Of a stretch of DNA of 64,000 nt, positions 33,221-43,400 are shown piece by piece (the stretch's first letter is position 1; each line of letters opens with the position of its first letter). Below the pieces are notes generated by a model. The model was given only the letters and a program-made list of their open reading frames with translations. It was not told where the DNA came from and did not search any database. The position numbers and the translations under genes are program-made. The DNA lies in assembly GCA_012813795.1 (NCBI GenBank), contig GCA_012813795.1_4087.1, one strand, 5' to 3'. The DNA comes from a phage.

Positions 33221-35883
33221 TGGCAGATACAAGTAAAAAGTTTGCAAAGGAACAGTTGGGTCGTTTTGACCCATCTTATCCACAATTAGCAACCGTTATG
33301 GATAACCGAGATCCTACGAAATCTGGTAAGCTAAAAGTATGGATACAAGGTTCACAAAGTGATAAAAACTCTAAAGATTCATGGATTGAAGCTTCATATA
33401 TGGCCCCGTTTGCTGGTAAAACCCCAGGAATACCAAGTGCAGATAGTTATGGACAGTATCCAAAAGGTTATGGTTTTTGGGCCGTACCACCAGATGTGGG
33501 ATGTACAGTTGTTGTTATTTTTGCACAAGCACGTACATTCCAAGCTTACTGGATTGGGTGTGTTTATGACCAGCGTATGAATACGATGGTTCCTGGTATG
33601 GCAACTGCTGATACAAATTACAATGGCACAGATATGCCATTACCAGTAACTGACTATGATCGTAACACAATCACAACTGACATGCAAGACAAATATATTA
33701 ACGTTCCTGCTGTTGAAGGATTGAAAAAACAAAACTTATTATACGATGATGAAGCAGGTGTTGCAAACCGCAGCAGTACTCGTCAAACAACCAGTACTGT
33801 ATATGGTATGAGTACACCTCGTGGTAATAGTTTTATTCTTGATGATGGATATACAGAAGAAGAATTGACCAAGCCAACATGGGATCAAGACCCTGATGGA
33901 TACCAAGACACACAATTTAACAACCCAGTTAATGACACTCGTGTTGGTTCCCGAAAGAATGAAGGTATTGTTATTAAAACACGTAGTGGTGCACAACTTC
34001 TTATTTCTGAAACCACTGGTAATGTTTTATTAATTAACCGTGATGGTACGGCTCGTATTAAATTCACTGGCGATGGTGATATTGAAATGCACTGTGATAA
34101 AAACATAAACATTCGTGCAGGTCAAGATATTAACATGGTTGCAGGTCGTTCTTATAATATTGAAAGTGGGCAAGACTTCAATACTCGTGTTGGTGGAAAT
34201 ACCAAACTGGAATTGGTCGGTAATTTGGATGCTAAGGTCAATGGTCAGGTTGTAATTAATTCTGGTGCTGATCTTCGTTTGGTTACTGGTGCTTCATTAC
34301 GTCTTCAAAGTGGTAGCAGTACTGATATTACGGCTGGCTCAACAGCATCTGTTAAAGGTTCATCCTCTGCAAACGTTATTGGTGGCTCATCCGTTAACAT
34401 TAGTGGTGGTGGTCAAAACCTAACAGTTGATAGTGCTGGTAACAGTGGTAGTGCTGCATTCATGGCTCCTGATTTTAAAACACCATCAGTGGGTCTTAAT
34501 GATCACATTCATATGATTGCTAACTGGAAAGATGCAGAAAACCACGGTGATAGAGTTGATCCTGGTATAAGTGGTGGTGGTCAAGGTAGTACAACATCTC
34601 CAGTTGAGCCACAACCAGCAAATGATGTTCAACCTACACTTGCAGAGCAACAAGAAACAGACGCAATTCAATTTGTAAATTATGCCCCAGAGACAAGTGA
34701 AGTTCAAACACAAGATTTAATGGCGGCTGAACCAGGAATGACTGGTTATTCGCAGACATTTGAAGGTTTGCATATGCTTATGCCATGTAGCGGTACTATT
34801 CGCCAGAATGGTTATTGGGGTAAGGGTGTAACGACCGAGAATGGAACCAAGCGTGATAGTAGTGGATGGGAAATTCAAGCCCGTGGAAGTGTGGTTGCAC
34901 CAGATGGTGGGATTGTTGGTATCAGTGGTGATGCTCTTATTATTGAACATAAATCTGGTTATAAATCTGTTTTCTATGGTTTAACTTCTGACCTATTCAA
35001 TAAAGATGTTGTTGAAAAAGGACAAGTAATAGGAACTGCTAATGGTATATTACGATTTGAAATAAGAGTTCGCTCATCTAATATCTATGGTTTTAGTGGT
35101 TCAGTTGATCCTGGATTATTCTACACAACTGTAACTGGTCAGGGTTCTGCTGCGGCGAACAAAACATTAATTGGTGGTCAACCATCAACACAAAATAACC
35201 CTAAAGATGTGGTAAGACCATCTGCTGATAGTGATGAATTAGTAATATCAACTCGAATCCGAACAATTGGAACTGGATATTCACAACGTGGTTCACGACA
35301 TGTTCCGCGTCGTAGGGAACGTAAACCTCGAAATGCAGGAACTGCACCAAAAGCAGAACAAAATTATAACGTAGGTAATGTTGATAAAACAGCAGTTGGG
35401 TGGAAAGTTGCCCCAGGTGATTCACAGTTTGTATCTGAACTTAAAGAACATGAAGGTACGATCCAATATCAAACTGCACTTGGATATTTCAGAAATGGAA
35501 AATTCTGGCGTTATATTGATAGTCGTGGTTTTCCTACAATTGGATATGGACATCTTATTGATGGTGGTGAAGATTTCTCTGGTGGTATAACTGAAGCAGA
35601 AGCTGATGCAATGCTAGTACGAGACAGTACTCAAGCAATCAATGATGCAAAATCAATATATGCTGCATGGGATTTAAAAACACCAGTTATTGCTCAACAA
35701 GTACTATGTCAAATGGTATTCCAAATGGGCAAATACAAAGTACAAAAATTCAAGGGTATGCTTGGGTGTTTAGCTAAAGGTGATTATCGTGGTGCTGCTG
35801 CTCATATTCGAAGTTCCGCTTGGTATCGTCAAACAACTCGTCGTGCTGAGTTAATGGCACGTAGAATTGAGGCATGTCAATAA
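33220..35883 (+). CDS. 5: baseplate central spike (gp5-like): N-terminal OB region, beta-helix repeats, degenerate LytM-like domain, C-terminal lysozyme
   Basis: KLKVWIQG N-terminus; G-rich repeats; M23-like pattern without catalytic His; C-terminal TIGYGHL...VFQMGK...SAWYRQTTRRAE lysozyme. Confidence 0.75.
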   Translation: MADTSKKFAKEQLGRFDPSYPQLATVMDNRDPTKSGKLKVWIQGSQSDKNSKDSWIEASYMAPFAGKTPGIPSADSYGQYPKGYGFWAVPPDVGCTVVVIFAQARTFQAYWIGCVYDQRMNTMVPGMATADTNYNGTDMPLPVTDYDRNTITTDMQDKYINVPAVEGLKKQNLLYDDEAGVANRSSTRQTTSTVYGMSTPRGNSFILDDGYTEEELTKPTWDQDPDGYQDTQFNNPVNDTRVGSRKNEGIVIKTRSGAQLLISETTGNVLLINRDGTARIKFTGDGDIEMHCDKNINIRAGQDINMVAGRSYNIESGQDFNTRVGGNTKLELVGNLDAKVNGQVVINSGADLRLVTGASLRLQSGSSTDITAGSTASVKGSSSANVIGGSSVNISGGGQNLTVDSAGNSGSAAFMAPDFKTPSVGLNDHIHMIANWKDAENHGDRVDPGISGGGQGSTTSPVEPQPANDVQPTLAEQQETDAIQFVNYAPETSEVQTQDLMAAEPGMTGYSQTFEGLHMLMPCSGTIRQNGYWGKGVTTENGTKRDSSGWEIQARGSVVAPDGGIVGISGDALIIEHKSGYKSVFYGLTSDLFNKDVVEKGQVIGTANGILRFEIRVRSSNIYGFSGSVDPGLFYTTVTGQGSAAANKTLIGGQPSTQNNPKDVVRPSADSDELVISTRIRTIGTGYSQRGSRHVPRRRERKPRNAGTAPKAEQNYNVGNVDKTAVGWKVAPGDSQFVSELKEHEGTIQYQTALGYFRNGKFWRYIDSRGFPTIGYGHLIDGGEDFSGGITEAEADAMLVRDSTQAINDAKSIYAAWDLKTPVIAQQVLCQMVFQMGKYKVQKFKGMLGCLAKGDYRGAAAHIRSSAWYRQTTRRAELMARRIEACQ

Positions 35884-35917
35884 ATATTTTATCCAATAAA
35901 TATTATAGGAGAAGTAT

Positions 35918-36406
35918 ATGAGTAAATGGGAAATTAAACCTGATGATGCACAGTATTTGAAAGAAATTAAAGAGTTTGAAGGTACTATTGCTTTCCAAAC
36001 TAAATTAGGTTATTTCAAGAATGGTAAATTCAGAGTTTATAAAGATAGCCTAGGACTAGATACCATTGGTTACGGTCACTTAGTACTAAAAGGTGAAAAT
36101 TTCAGTGCAGGGCTAACTGAAGCAGAAGCAGAAGCACTACTTCAAAAAGATTCCCTAAATGCATACAGAGAAGCTAACGAGATTTATGATCAATTCGGTA
36201 TGTCTGCACCAATTCAGGTACAACGTGTACTTTGGATGATGATATTCCAAATGGGTAAATCTCGTGTATTGAACTTTAAGAAAGCGATGGCAGCATTGGG
36301 TTGTGGTGATTATAAAACCGCTGGCAAAGAAATGCGTGATTCCGCTTGGTATCGTCAAACAACTTCTCGTGCTGAAAAAATGGCAAGGATTGTTGAATCC
36401 GTATAA
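35918..36406 (+). CDS. e: lysozyme (T4 e-like, GH24)
   Basis: EFEG...YKDSLGLDTIGYGHL...MIFQMGKSRV...SAWYRQTTSRAEKMA aligns to T4 lysozyme. Confidence 0.9.
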   Translation: MSKWEIKPDDAQYLKEIKEFEGTIAFQTKLGYFKNGKFRVYKDSLGLDTIGYGHLVLKGENFSAGLTEAEAEALLQKDSLNAYREANEIYDQFGMSAPIQVQRVLWMMIFQMGKSRVLNFKKAMAALGCGDYKTAGKEMRDSAWYRQTTSRAEKMARIVESV

Positions 36407-36419
36407 ATGAGGAAAGTCT

Positions 36420-36815
36420 ATGGCAATAGTTTTTAAAGGTTTCTCTACTCCTGTTGTGGGTAAAACACAAACTCTGTATGATGCTGAGTTGGTGAGACAG
36501 GATTTGATGAACCACTTCAATACAAAGAAAGGTGAAAGAGCATTTGATGCTGATTATGGTTTCATTGCTTGGGATTTGATTTTTGAACTTGATGGTTATA
36601 ATACAAAAAATCTTTTAGAAGCTGACGCTCGTAGAATTATTTCATTAGACCCACGTTTGAATTTAAAAAATCTAACAGTTAGTAATGTTGAATATGGTTA
36701 TCGTTTGGACATAATTTTAGAGTATGTAATGCTTGATAAATTAGAACAACTTACTATAGTATTCGATGCCAGAAGTAATAATAGGATGGCAACGTTTACA
36801 ACATCTAAATTATAA
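36420..36815 (+). CDS. 25: baseplate wedge protein gp25-like (gpW family)
   Basis: 131 aa; KGERAFDADYGF resembles T4 gp25 KGSRPFDPEFGC; followed by a terminator. Confidence 0.7.
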   Translation: MAIVFKGFSTPVVGKTQTLYDAELVRQDLMNHFNTKKGERAFDADYGFIAWDLIFELDGYNTKNLLEADARRIISLDPRLNLKNLTVSNVEYGYRLDIILEYVMLDKLEQLTIVFDARSNNRMATFTTSKL

Positions 36816-36822
36816 TTTACTA

Positions 36823-36848
36823 AGCACTCTTCGGAGTGCTTTTCTTTT
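36823..36848 (+). terminator. terminator after gp25 (UUCG tetraloop)
   Basis: AGCACTC-ttcg-GAGTGCT followed by TTTTCTTTT. Confidence 0.7.
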
Positions 36849-36849
36849 G

Positions 36850-36885
36850 GATAAATATTTCTATATAAAATTTCAGTACTGACCC
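36850..36885 (+). promoter_or_regulatory. late-promoter-like GATAAATAT / TATATAAAA followed by TTTCAGTACT upstream of gp6
   Basis: motifs read directly upstream of the gene starting at 36915. Confidence 0.35.
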
Positions 36886-36914
36886 AGTACTTTATTGGCT
36901 TAAAGGATTAATAA

Positions 36915-39900
36915 ATGTCACAACAAAAAAGACAATCTAATTTATACGCGGGGGAAGACTGGACCCAGGTATATGAAAGTTTCTATAAAATCAATCTGAC
37001 AGCTTATGACTTCGACACTATACGTCAAAGTATGATTGATTATTTGCGTCAAACATATCCTGATTCATTCAATGACTGGATTGAGAATGACCAGTTTATC
37101 TTCATTTTAGATACTATTGCAATGCTAGGACAAAACTTAGCGTTTCGTATGGATTTAAACACGCGTGAAAACTTCCTAGATACTGCTAGTCGTCGTGCAT
37201 CTGTGCTTAAATTAGCTAAAATGATCTCCTATTCACCTCGTCGTGCATATCCAGGGCGAGCAACAGCAAAACTAACTGAAATTAAAACGAACCAAGACGT
37301 TCGCAACAGCTATAACGAATCACTTAAAGATAAAATTATCCGTTGGAATGACCCAATGGACTCTAACTGGTATGAGAACTTTATTCTGGTAATGAATAGT
37401 GCATTTGTCAGTACTAACCAGTTTGGTAACCCAGTAAAACGTTTGGATATTAATGGTGTATCTCGTCATTTATATAGAATGAACACTTTACCTATGTCTG
37501 CACCTAATTTACCATTCACGGCTACTGTAAATGGTGAATCCATGACATTTGAGGTCGTAAACCCTGATATTAACGTTATTGGTGTTGATGAAAGACACCC
37601 TGAGCCACAAGAACAGAAATATATTGTGTATCAGAATGATGGTAATGGTTTTAGTTCACCTAATACCGGATTCTTTGTTTATTTTATTCAAGGAACATTG
37701 CAATATCAGGATTTCCAGTACGATGTTAGACAAGAAAACCGTATTCAGGATATTAACGTAGATAATATTAACGAAACTGACGTATGGGTACAGGAAATCA
37801 CAGAAGATGGCATAGTTCGCACTAAATGGACTAAGGTTCCATCAATGGAAAGTATTGCATATAACACAGTAACACGTCAACTTAAAACAATTTATGCTGT
37901 AACTACCCGTGACCGTGACCAAATCAGTATTAAGTTCCCTGATTCACGTAGTGGTGTTGTTCCGCGTGGAACATATCGTGTTTGGTATCGTGTAAGTAAT
38001 GGTGAAACATACAATATCAAAACTGCTGACATTCAAAACAAAAGTGTTAAGTACATTTACAGAACTAAATCACAATCTAACTATGAAAATAGTACATTAG
38101 ATATTAAATTTAGTTTACAATTTGAATCCGACCGTGCACAAAGTGCCGAAACCCTTGAACAAATAAAAGCTCGTGCACCACAAATGTATTATACTCAAAA
38201 CCGTTTTGTGAATGGTGAAGATTATAACATTGCACCATTGAGTCAAGGCAACGCAGTACTGAAATCTAAGGCGATTAACAGGATTTATAGTGGACAATCA
38301 AGATTTATTGATATAAATGACCCAACAGGTAAGTATCAGAACACCGATGTGTTTAGTGATGATGGTGCAATGTACAAAAATGTCACCAAATACAATAAAT
38401 CTGTAAATTTACCAAGTACTAAATCTAATTCTAGTATTGTTATTGATGATATTCAACCATTAATTGGTGAAAATGCTGTTATTCAGAAGTATCAAGCATA
38501 TCCACAGAATACAGTACGTGTTGAATTACAACAAAACTGGGTTCCATCATATAGTTCAAGCTATGCAACTAACACTTATGGTCGTATTGTTGGGGCAACT
38601 GGTACAATTTATGGTGATTATAAAGTTGGTACATTGATTAAATTTGGTAGTAGCTCAAATAATATCGTATGGGCTAGTATTGTTAATGTGTTACCAAACG
38701 GTTTTTATGTTCTAAGTACACCAATTTCTTCCTCAATGCAGATCCAAGAGTATATTAGTCCATATAGAACTCGTTTCAACACTGTTGAAGTTCAAAATAT
38801 AGCTGCAATGTTAGATAAGAAAACAAACTTCATTCTAATTTATGATATTGTATCCACTGCATGGGTTCCTTTGGAGATTACAACTACTAGTGATACTATA
38901 ACATACAATGGTTCGTTGGTGCAGGTGATGGTTAACATCCAATATACTGCTGAAACATGGGAATTTGATTCCAACGGTGTTGAATATGTCTTTGTTGGTG
39001 GTGAAAAAGTTCGTTTTTACTTTGTAAGCTCTAAGAAAATCACTGATATTAGTTCTGGTTCAGTGCAAAGTGATAAAATTGAGATTCTTTCATCGAACTC
39101 TACTAGTACTAGTAACGTAGGTCTAACCAATAACATTGATTTCCAGATTCTGGATACAATAAAACAAGAAAATGGTTATTTGGATGGTTCCAGAGTTGTA
39201 ATTACATCTGAAAGTATGGATAGTAATGGTATTCCATTAAATCCTAACCAATTTCAATCTATCGTCCCTGATTGGACTGGTGAAGATTCTAGAAAGTATG
39301 GTGGTATCTTGGTATTCCAACAAAATGAAGATTTCACTATTTCTTCATTGCCATTACCAAATTCATCCTTCACTATAATGGATTCAACATGGAATTATAC
39401 AATGGATCAGGCATTAGCTGAAACTAATGCGTATAAGAGACAGGAATTCATTCGTAATAATGAAATTCGTTCAACTACATTGAGTGAAGTATATAGTAAA
39501 GGTACGGGTTTTATTATTGCATTCCAATACGAAGGACAATATTACTTCATAGAACAAACCGTTGGTAATAACAATGACCGTTTGGGTGTTCTAATTCAGA
39601 ATATGACTGAAGTTACTGATCCAAGTGCTGCTACACCAGAAACTGCATTCTATCGTTGTATTAAAAACATGGGTACAAGTGTTGACACTAATAAAAAGCT
39701 TAATTATTATGGTTATAAGGATATTACATCTGAACTTACTATAAAAACTAATGCTAGAACGTCCATTAACTTTCACTGGAAACACTATGCACCAGATGAT
39801 AACCGAATCGACCCAAGCAGAACCAACTTAATTGATATGTATGTTTTAACAAACTCATATAAGACTGAAGTTGATATTTGGTTGAAGAATGGTGCTAAGG

Positions 39901-40379
39901 GTGATATGCCGAAACCACCAACCTCTGTTGAATTACAAGATATCTTCAAAGATGTTGAGAAGAAAACAGTAATTAGTGATAGTTTGATATGGCATAGTGC
40001 TGAATACTTACCATTGTTTGGTAATAGTGCTGCACCGGATTATAAAGCTGATTTCAAAGTAGTGAAATTACCGAATAGTACAATGAGTGATGACGAAATT
40101 CGACAAAGTATAGTTTCATTAACTAACCAGTACTTTGCAGTTGAGAACTGGGATTTTGGAGAAAGCTTTTATTATACTGATTTGTGTACATACCTTCATA
40201 CACAACTTGGTAGACATATTAGTACTGTCGTAATTGTAGCTCAAAATCCTAATTCTAAGTTTGGTTCATTGTTCGAGATACCTTCTAGACCTGACCAAAT
40301 ATTCATTAGTACTGCAACAGTTGATAACGTACAAATCGTTAACTCTCTTGCGAAAAGTAATATTAATATTGGTTTTTAA
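36915..40379 (+). CDS. 6: baseplate wedge protein, gp6 / baseplate J-like, enlarged (1154 aa)
   Basis: N-terminal region resembles T4 gp6; position after gp25. Confidence 0.65.
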   Translation: MSQQKRQSNLYAGEDWTQVYESFYKINLTAYDFDTIRQSMIDYLRQTYPDSFNDWIENDQFIFILDTIAMLGQNLAFRMDLNTRENFLDTASRRASVLKLAKMISYSPRRAYPGRATAKLTEIKTNQDVRNSYNESLKDKIIRWNDPMDSNWYENFILVMNSAFVSTNQFGNPVKRLDINGVSRHLYRMNTLPMSAPNLPFTATVNGESMTFEVVNPDINVIGVDERHPEPQEQKYIVYQNDGNGFSSPNTGFFVYFIQGTLQYQDFQYDVRQENRIQDINVDNINETDVWVQEITEDGIVRTKWTKVPSMESIAYNTVTRQLKTIYAVTTRDRDQISIKFPDSRSGVVPRGTYRVWYRVSNGETYNIKTADIQNKSVKYIYRTKSQSNYENSTLDIKFSLQFESDRAQSAETLEQIKARAPQMYYTQNRFVNGEDYNIAPLSQGNAVLKSKAINRIYSGQSRFIDINDPTGKYQNTDVFSDDGAMYKNVTKYNKSVNLPSTKSNSSIVIDDIQPLIGENAVIQKYQAYPQNTVRVELQQNWVPSYSSSYATNTYGRIVGATGTIYGDYKVGTLIKFGSSSNNIVWASIVNVLPNGFYVLSTPISSSMQIQEYISPYRTRFNTVEVQNIAAMLDKKTNFILIYDIVSTAWVPLEITTTSDTITYNGSLVQVMVNIQYTAETWEFDSNGVEYVFVGGEKVRFYFVSSKKITDISSGSVQSDKIEILSSNSTSTSNVGLTNNIDFQILDTIKQENGYLDGSRVVITSESMDSNGIPLNPNQFQSIVPDWTGEDSRKYGGILVFQQNEDFTISSLPLPNSSFTIMDSTWNYTMDQALAETNAYKRQEFIRNNEIRSTTLSEVYSKGTGFIIAFQYEGQYYFIEQTVGNNNDRLGVLIQNMTEVTDPSAATPETAFYRCIKNMGTSVDTNKKLNYYGYKDITSELTIKTNARTSINFHWKHYAPDDNRIDPSRTNLIDMYVLTNSYKTEVDIWLKNGAKGDMPKPPTSVELQDIFKDVEKKTVISDSLIWHSAEYLPLFGNSAAPDYKADFKVVKLPNSTMSDDEIRQSIVSLTNQYFAVENWDFGESFYYTDLCTYLHTQLGRHISTVVIVAQNPNSKFGSLFEIPSRPDQIFISTATVDNVQIVNSLAKSNINIGF

Positions 40380-40386
40380 TAAAATC

Positions 40387-40413
40387 GTGGCGGCCTTCGG
40401 GTCGCCTTTTTTA
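40387..40413 (+). terminator. terminator after the gp6-like gene (UUCG tetraloop)
   Basis: GGCGGCC-ttcg-GGTCGCC followed by TTTTTT. Confidence 0.7.
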
Positions 40414-40416
40414 TAG

Positions 40417-40426
40417 CATAAATAAA
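40417..40426 (+). promoter_or_regulatory. late-promoter-like CATAAATAAA upstream of the giant gene
   Basis: about 35 nt upstream of the ATG at 40461. Confidence 0.3.
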
Positions 40427-40460
40427 TCAAATGAATGAACGAATTTATGGAGTCCTATAC

Positions 40461-43400
40461 ATGACTAATAATTTTAAGTTTCTACCAACTAAAACGGCAG
40501 AAGCAGTACAACAGAAGCTTTTCATTAAAAGATTACCTGAATGGATGCAAGGCTTAGAAGACATTCAAAAGGTTAGTGATGATGTAATTCAACAATGGTT
40601 CAATCCAGCGGATAATGAAATCGTTGATGGATATATTGGTGATATGGGTTCTCCTGCTGCATCTGCTAAGATTTTCCTTGACGAATCAACCGTTGAACGT
40701 CAGCTATATCAATTATCAACAGCATATGTGTCTCGTAATGATGACACAAGCATTCGTTCGCTTCAATTTTATGATGATTTGGTTGGCTACATGGAACACT
40801 ATGGCACGTTAACTTCAAACGAGAGCCGTCTATTTTCTGGTAAGTTCTATTCTTGGACACCACCAATTAACCCAAACAAAATGACCAACTATAGTTCTTA
40901 TTTGTGGGATAGTAAAAATAGTTTTGGTATCACATCACCTGACTTTATTGTTATGGAACGTGGTGCTGATAACGGTAACACTTGGTCACTACAGAACTTT
41001 TGGTATACTATTGGACAAACCCTAGAAGATGGTACAGTACTAACTGCTGACATGACGCAGGATACTCGTTTTATTCGTGCACAAGCACCAATCATCGAAT
41101 ATAATAAAAACATCGAATTAATCAACTACGGAACAAATTTCCGTGGTATTGTTGACCTATTCTCTGATACAGTTAAACCAGAAGATATCGTTCAAAAGGA
41201 CGTTAACGATGGTATTCGTATCGATGGTATCATTCCACAAGATGGTATGCGTATTCTATTCACCAGTATCGGTAACGTTGGTGAAAACAACCGCATTTAT
41301 AAAGTTTTTATAAAGAAAATGCAAGATGGTTCTCGTACCTATGGTTTGGCACTAGATCCTGACGAGGAATCAGAAGAACGCCCAAGTGGTGAACCCCATA
41401 ACGGTGATGTAATTTTGGTGCGTGATGGTAATGTATATAAAAATACATCCATGTACTGGAATGGTGTTGATTGGGTTAGAGCACAAACCAAATCTGGTAT
41501 CAACGTGTTCCCACAATTCCAATTGTATGACCGTGATGGTTTCAAATTAAACGACACTACTATGTATCCATCAAGTAATTTCGTTGGATCATCACTATTT
41601 GGTTTCAAAATTAACTATAATTATGGCACTGATAAAGTATACGGTTATAATATTGAATTAGGTAATTATAATTACTACATGTACGAAAACTTTCTTCAAA
41701 GTGTTCGTTATACATATGATCATTTGGGTGTTGAAACAGAAATTTCTGGATTATATTACTATAATGTAGTTGGTAAAGATAATGAACTTCACCTTAAGAC
41801 CGATTGGGTTCGCTCAAAGGAAGATTCAAAACAATTTGTTAAACAAACACCACAAATCGAACATACTGATATGTATCGTGTATTCAATACTGTATTTGAA
41901 ATGGAAAACTTCAAAACTCCATTAGAAGGTATGTATGCATATGTCATTGAAGTTGATCGTACCTATCAATATTACAAAGAAGAACGTCAAACCTATATGG
42001 ATTGGCATGTAATTAGTGGTGAAGGTATTCAAAGTGAACGTTTCAATCGCACATTTGAATTAGCCCAGAAAATTATTGATGGTAAGAGTACTGAAATCAT
42101 TGAAATTCAAGTTGATGGTGTGGATGTAACCGATTATACACGTCATGTATATAATAACAAGGTTCAAAGCATCACTTTAGGGGAAGACGTTACTCTTAAA
42201 GATGAATCAGTAATTCAAATTAGAACATATAGCAGTACGGAAGTACCAAATAAAGAGTTGGGTGCATATGAAATCCCAATTAACTTACAAAATAACCCAT
42301 ACAACGATAATATTCTTTATATCAACCAAAGTAATTTTACATTACATTTTAAAGATATCATTCAAAAGAATATTACCAGTGGTTCAGTTGATGATTTCAA
42401 TGACTACGAAGAGCGTTTGTCTAAAGGTTTAGTAGATAACTCTGTAGGTACTAAGATTATCCAAAACGAAGCATCTATGCTACCGTTAATGGCACATTCT
42501 GCAAATGAAGACATTGACCTATTTGAATCTGTATTGTTTATGCAATCAGAGTACTTTCGTTTTGTAAACAAGTTCAATACACAAATGATTCGTTTGTATA
42601 ATGAGAACCCAGCAAACTTCTTAGCTAATAATGCTTCTAATATTGTTGATGAAATTCTAACAATTATTAATATGGGTCATGATAATACATTCCCATTCTA
42701 TTATGACAACGTGGCAAGTACTTCTGGTTTCATTCGTGCTTTTGTACCACCAACTCCACAGTTCTTAGGTATTTTAAAAGCTCACGTTCCAGAAAAAGCA
42801 ACATTTTTGAATGCTGGTAGTAAGCAAAGCTGCTATAACATCAGCCATACTGGTGCAATCACCAAAGCATACCGTGTAATTAACGGTGTTGATAAAATGG
42901 ATGACGTTATATATGAATTAGAAAATCGAATCTTCAATAGTATTGATGTTATTTTCAAAGATGAAGATTACCAACCTAAGCTAGATGCTTCTGACCTTTT
43001 CCCTACTCCGTATTTTAGAGATACAGAGTATAATGATGAAGAGAAGAAGAACTTACTACTACGTGGTTACATTAACTTCATCGCAACCAATGGTATCAGT
43101 AACAGTTCGCATGATTATGATCCAAATAACTGGATGACTTGGAATTATACTGGAACTTATTACATTGTTAATGGTCAACAAACACAAATACCAGCACGTG
43201 GTTCATGGCGAGCAATCTACACTGACCAATTTGGTACATATCGCCCAGCAACCCATCCGTGGGAAATGTTTGGATTCTCCCAACGTCCGGTTTGGTGGAA
43301 CCAAGAGTACGAACCAACAGCAGTTCAAGTTGGTGAACGCGACAGTGATGTTGTTTATGTATATGAGGCATTGGTTCTCAACGAACAAGGTAACATGGTC

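Noticed and set aside
35896-35905. AATAAATATT as a late promoter for the lysozyme gene
   Set aside because: It lies only about 13 nt from the ATG, overlapping the RBS, so is too close to serve as a -10 element
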